Positions 49,689-51,231 of a DNA stretch of 51,231 nt are shown here, piece by piece. Made by a program: the position numbers and the translations under genes. The notes under the pieces were generated by a model, which was given only the letters and a program-made list of their open reading frames with translations, did not search any database and was not told the origin of the DNA. Position 1 is the stretch's first letter. The number at the start of each line of letters is the position of its first letter. This stretch comes from a virus: the IMG/VR virus record IMGVR_UViG_3300045988_044272, one strand, 5' to 3'.

Positions 49689-50965
49689 TGCACATACAAA
49701 AGGGAATAAAGTTTTTGTTACACAAAAGGGGCAAGGGTGATTCCGAAAATCTTGCAATCCGAATGCGCGTTACATTGAGGGGGCAAACACCTTTTGATGT
49801 TCCGACCGGGCATAATATAGACCTTGCCGATTGGGATATGGAAAACCAGCGTGCATTACCATCTTGCAATTCATCATCAGACATAAACCGAACCATTGAT
49901 GAATGGAAATCGGTAATGAATGAAATCTTTGCCCGATATGAATTGTTAGAAAAGCGTATTCCAACACCGGGTGAAGTCAAGGACTTGTTTAATGACATGA
50001 TGGGGCGAAAGACCCCAACCAATGAATCCCTTGCTTCACCCGGCGACAACTTCTTTATGACATTTGATGTTTTTACTGAAACGATGGGCAAGCAAAATGG
50101 ATGGACGGAAGCGACACAAGAAAAATTCCGCGCAATAAAAGCACATTTGCAAGCCTTTGACCCGTTATTATCATTCTATACATTGAATGAAGAAAAGATG
50201 CAAGCATACCTTGCACATTTAAGTAAGGTTGGATTACGGAACACCACCATTGCAAAGAACCTTGCTTTTGTCCGTTGGTTTTTACGTTGGGCGGCAAACA
50301 AGGGATATTATCTTGGTAAGCTGCATGATACATTCAAGCCCAAATTGAAAGGCATTGACGGCAATTCAAAAGAAATAATATATTTGACACAAGATGAAAT
50401 CAAATCATTGGAAAATCACCAATTCTTGCCCACACAATCAGCCCTTGAACGTGTCCGGGACGTGTTCTTGTTTTCATGCTTCACCGGGTTGCGTTATTCA
50501 GATGTTGCCAAATTAAAGCGTACTGACATAAAAGACGGCTTTATTGATGTCGTAACCAAGAAAACCAATGACGGGTTGCGTATAGAATTGAACAAGCATT
50601 CACAAGCCATTCTTGACAAATACAAGGAATGCCACTTTCCGGGGAACTTGGCATTACCTGTAATATCGAATGTGAAGATGAATGCACACTTGAAAATACT
50701 TGGGCAAGTGTGTGGCATTGATGAACCGACCCGAATTGTGTTTTTTCAAGGCAACACCCGGCATGAACAAGTATTGCCAAAGTGGGCATTATTGACAACT
50801 CATTGCGGACGGCGAACATTTGTTGTTACCGCCTTGCAACTTGGCATCCCAAGTGAAGTCATAATGAAGTGGACGGGGCATTCTGATTATTCGGCAATGA
50901 AACCATATATTGCCATTGTTGATGAATTAAAGGCAAAAGCAATGTCGCGGTTTGATAATCTCTAA
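49688..50965 (+). CDS. int: Tyrosine integrase (Bacteroides-type, with N-terminal arm-binding and SAM-like domains)
   Basis: Catalytic signature FTGLRYSD (R), HCGRRTF (H-x-x-R) and GHSDYSAMKPYI (H...Y). 425 aa. Confidence 0.9.
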   Translation: MHIQKGIKFLLHKRGKGDSENLAIRMRVTLRGQTPFDVPTGHNIDLADWDMENQRALPSCNSSSDINRTIDEWKSVMNEIFARYELLEKRIPTPGEVKDLFNDMMGRKTPTNESLASPGDNFFMTFDVFTETMGKQNGWTEATQEKFRAIKAHLQAFDPLLSFYTLNEEKMQAYLAHLSKVGLRNTTIAKNLAFVRWFLRWAANKGYYLGKLHDTFKPKLKGIDGNSKEIIYLTQDEIKSLENHQFLPTQSALERVRDVFLFSCFTGLRYSDVAKLKRTDIKDGFIDVVTKKTNDGLRIELNKHSQAILDKYKECHFPGNLALPVISNVKMNAHLKILGQVCGIDEPTRIVFFQGNTRHEQVLPKWALLTTHCGRRTFVVTALQLGIPSEVIMKWTGHSDYSAMKPYIAIVDELKAKAMSRFDNL

Positions 50966-50966
50966 T

Positions 50967-51014
50967 GTACACGATTTGATATTGGGCAAGTCACGTACAC
51001 GATTTTGTACACGA
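50967..51014 (+). repeat. Three direct GTACACGA copies (50967, 50995, 51007); candidate integrase arm-type sites
   Basis: gtacacgatttg ... gtacacgattttgtacacgaaaa begins 2 nt after the integrase stop. Two more copies lie at 51180 and 51192. Confidence 0.45.
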
Positions 51015-51031
51015 AAAACAATGCCCAAAAC

Positions 51032-51050
51032 GGTATTGTATGGTATTGTA
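51032..51050 (+). repeat. Tandem GGTATTGTA x2 in the attP-like region
   Basis: cggtattgtatggtattgta read directly. Confidence 0.6.
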
Positions 51051-51132
51051 GAATATCGCACATTCTTTGAAATCTTTTATTTTCAATAAGTTTGGTATGT
51101 TATGGCATTATATGAAACTTTTGTTTTGAGAA

Positions 51133-51231
51133 CCTGTCTCTCCGCAATAAACCTTGAAAATCAAGGTTTTATGAAATAAGTACACGAATTTGTACACGAA
51201 AGCCCCAATATTGGGGCTTTTTTCATATCCA
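51133..51231. repeat. Terminal direct repeat, copy 2 (identical to 1..99)
   Basis: Same 99-nt string as 1..99. The window ends exactly at the repeat boundary, which fits circular-contig overlap or a short DTR. Confidence 0.95.

Larger units (their letters stand above)
1..51231. mobile_element. Complete temperate tailed-phage genome (siphovirus-like gene order), circular assembly with 99-bp terminal overlap
   Basis: Bases 1..99 are identical to 51133..51231. No host-like flanks. Lysogeny, replication/recombination, packaging, head, tail, DGR and lysis modules are all present. Confidence 0.85.

Noticed and set aside
1-51231. tRNA, rRNA or CRISPR arrays
   Set aside because: Reading both strands, I saw no cloverleaf-like T-arm or acceptor signatures (for example GGTTCGAATCC-type), no rRNA-like regions and no regularly spaced short repeats. 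A tRNAscan or CRISPR-finder run would be needed to be certain.

Overview
The window is a complete temperate tailed-phage genome with siphovirus-like gene order. It was assembled as a circle: bases 1..99 are identical to 51133..51231, leaving about 51132 bp of unique sequence. The host is probably a Bacteroidota member, judged from lipobox lipoproteins, TAnnTTTG-type promoter boxes, absence of Shine-Dalgarno sites, a Bacteroides-type tyrosine integrase, and DUF4373 and TIGR02757 genes.

Layout:
- Minus strand, 215..21778: lysis cassette, DGR, tail fibre and baseplate genes, tape measure, tail and connector genes, capsid, decoration and scaffold genes.
- Plus strand, 21989..24945: an island of ten small ORFs of unknown function.
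- Minus strand, 24942..48243: MuF-type polyvalent head protein, portal, terminase, then a long early operon. The operon carries ParB, resolvase, SSB, MazG, two DNA methyltransferases, an exonuclease, a DnaA-domain fusion, an antirepressor, replication loader and organizer, TIGR02757, an MBL-fold hydrolase, RecT, an SbcC-like ATPase and several HTH regulators.
- Plus strand, 48400..50965: lysogeny module with an XRE repressor, a lipoprotein, a CI-type HTH protein and the integrase, followed by an attP-like repeat region.

The most notable system is a diversity-generating retroelement (DGR). It has an RT at 2875..3900 and a 116-nt template repeat at 4069..4184. The repeat matches two variable repeats with mismatches only at template adenines. 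One variable repeat lies at the C-terminus of a tail-module C-type-lectin-like protein (4278..4393). The second, remote one (42384..42460) lies at the C-terminus of a small protein with no signal peptide, encoded inside the early recombination/replication operon. No Avd-like gene is present.

Other observations:
- G/C homopolymer tracts of 9 and 8 nt sit inside both phage DNA methyltransferase genes, making them candidate phase-variable genes.
- A 16-nt motif fills four short intergenic gaps 8-9 nt upstream of start codons.
- An 11-mer start-codon leader (TCGCAACAATG) recurs, often after GC hairpins.
- A divergent switch region carries two ACGGA-N4-TCCGT palindromes.
- GTACACGA arm-type repeats lie next to the integrase gene.

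No tRNA, rRNA or CRISPR array was recognised.
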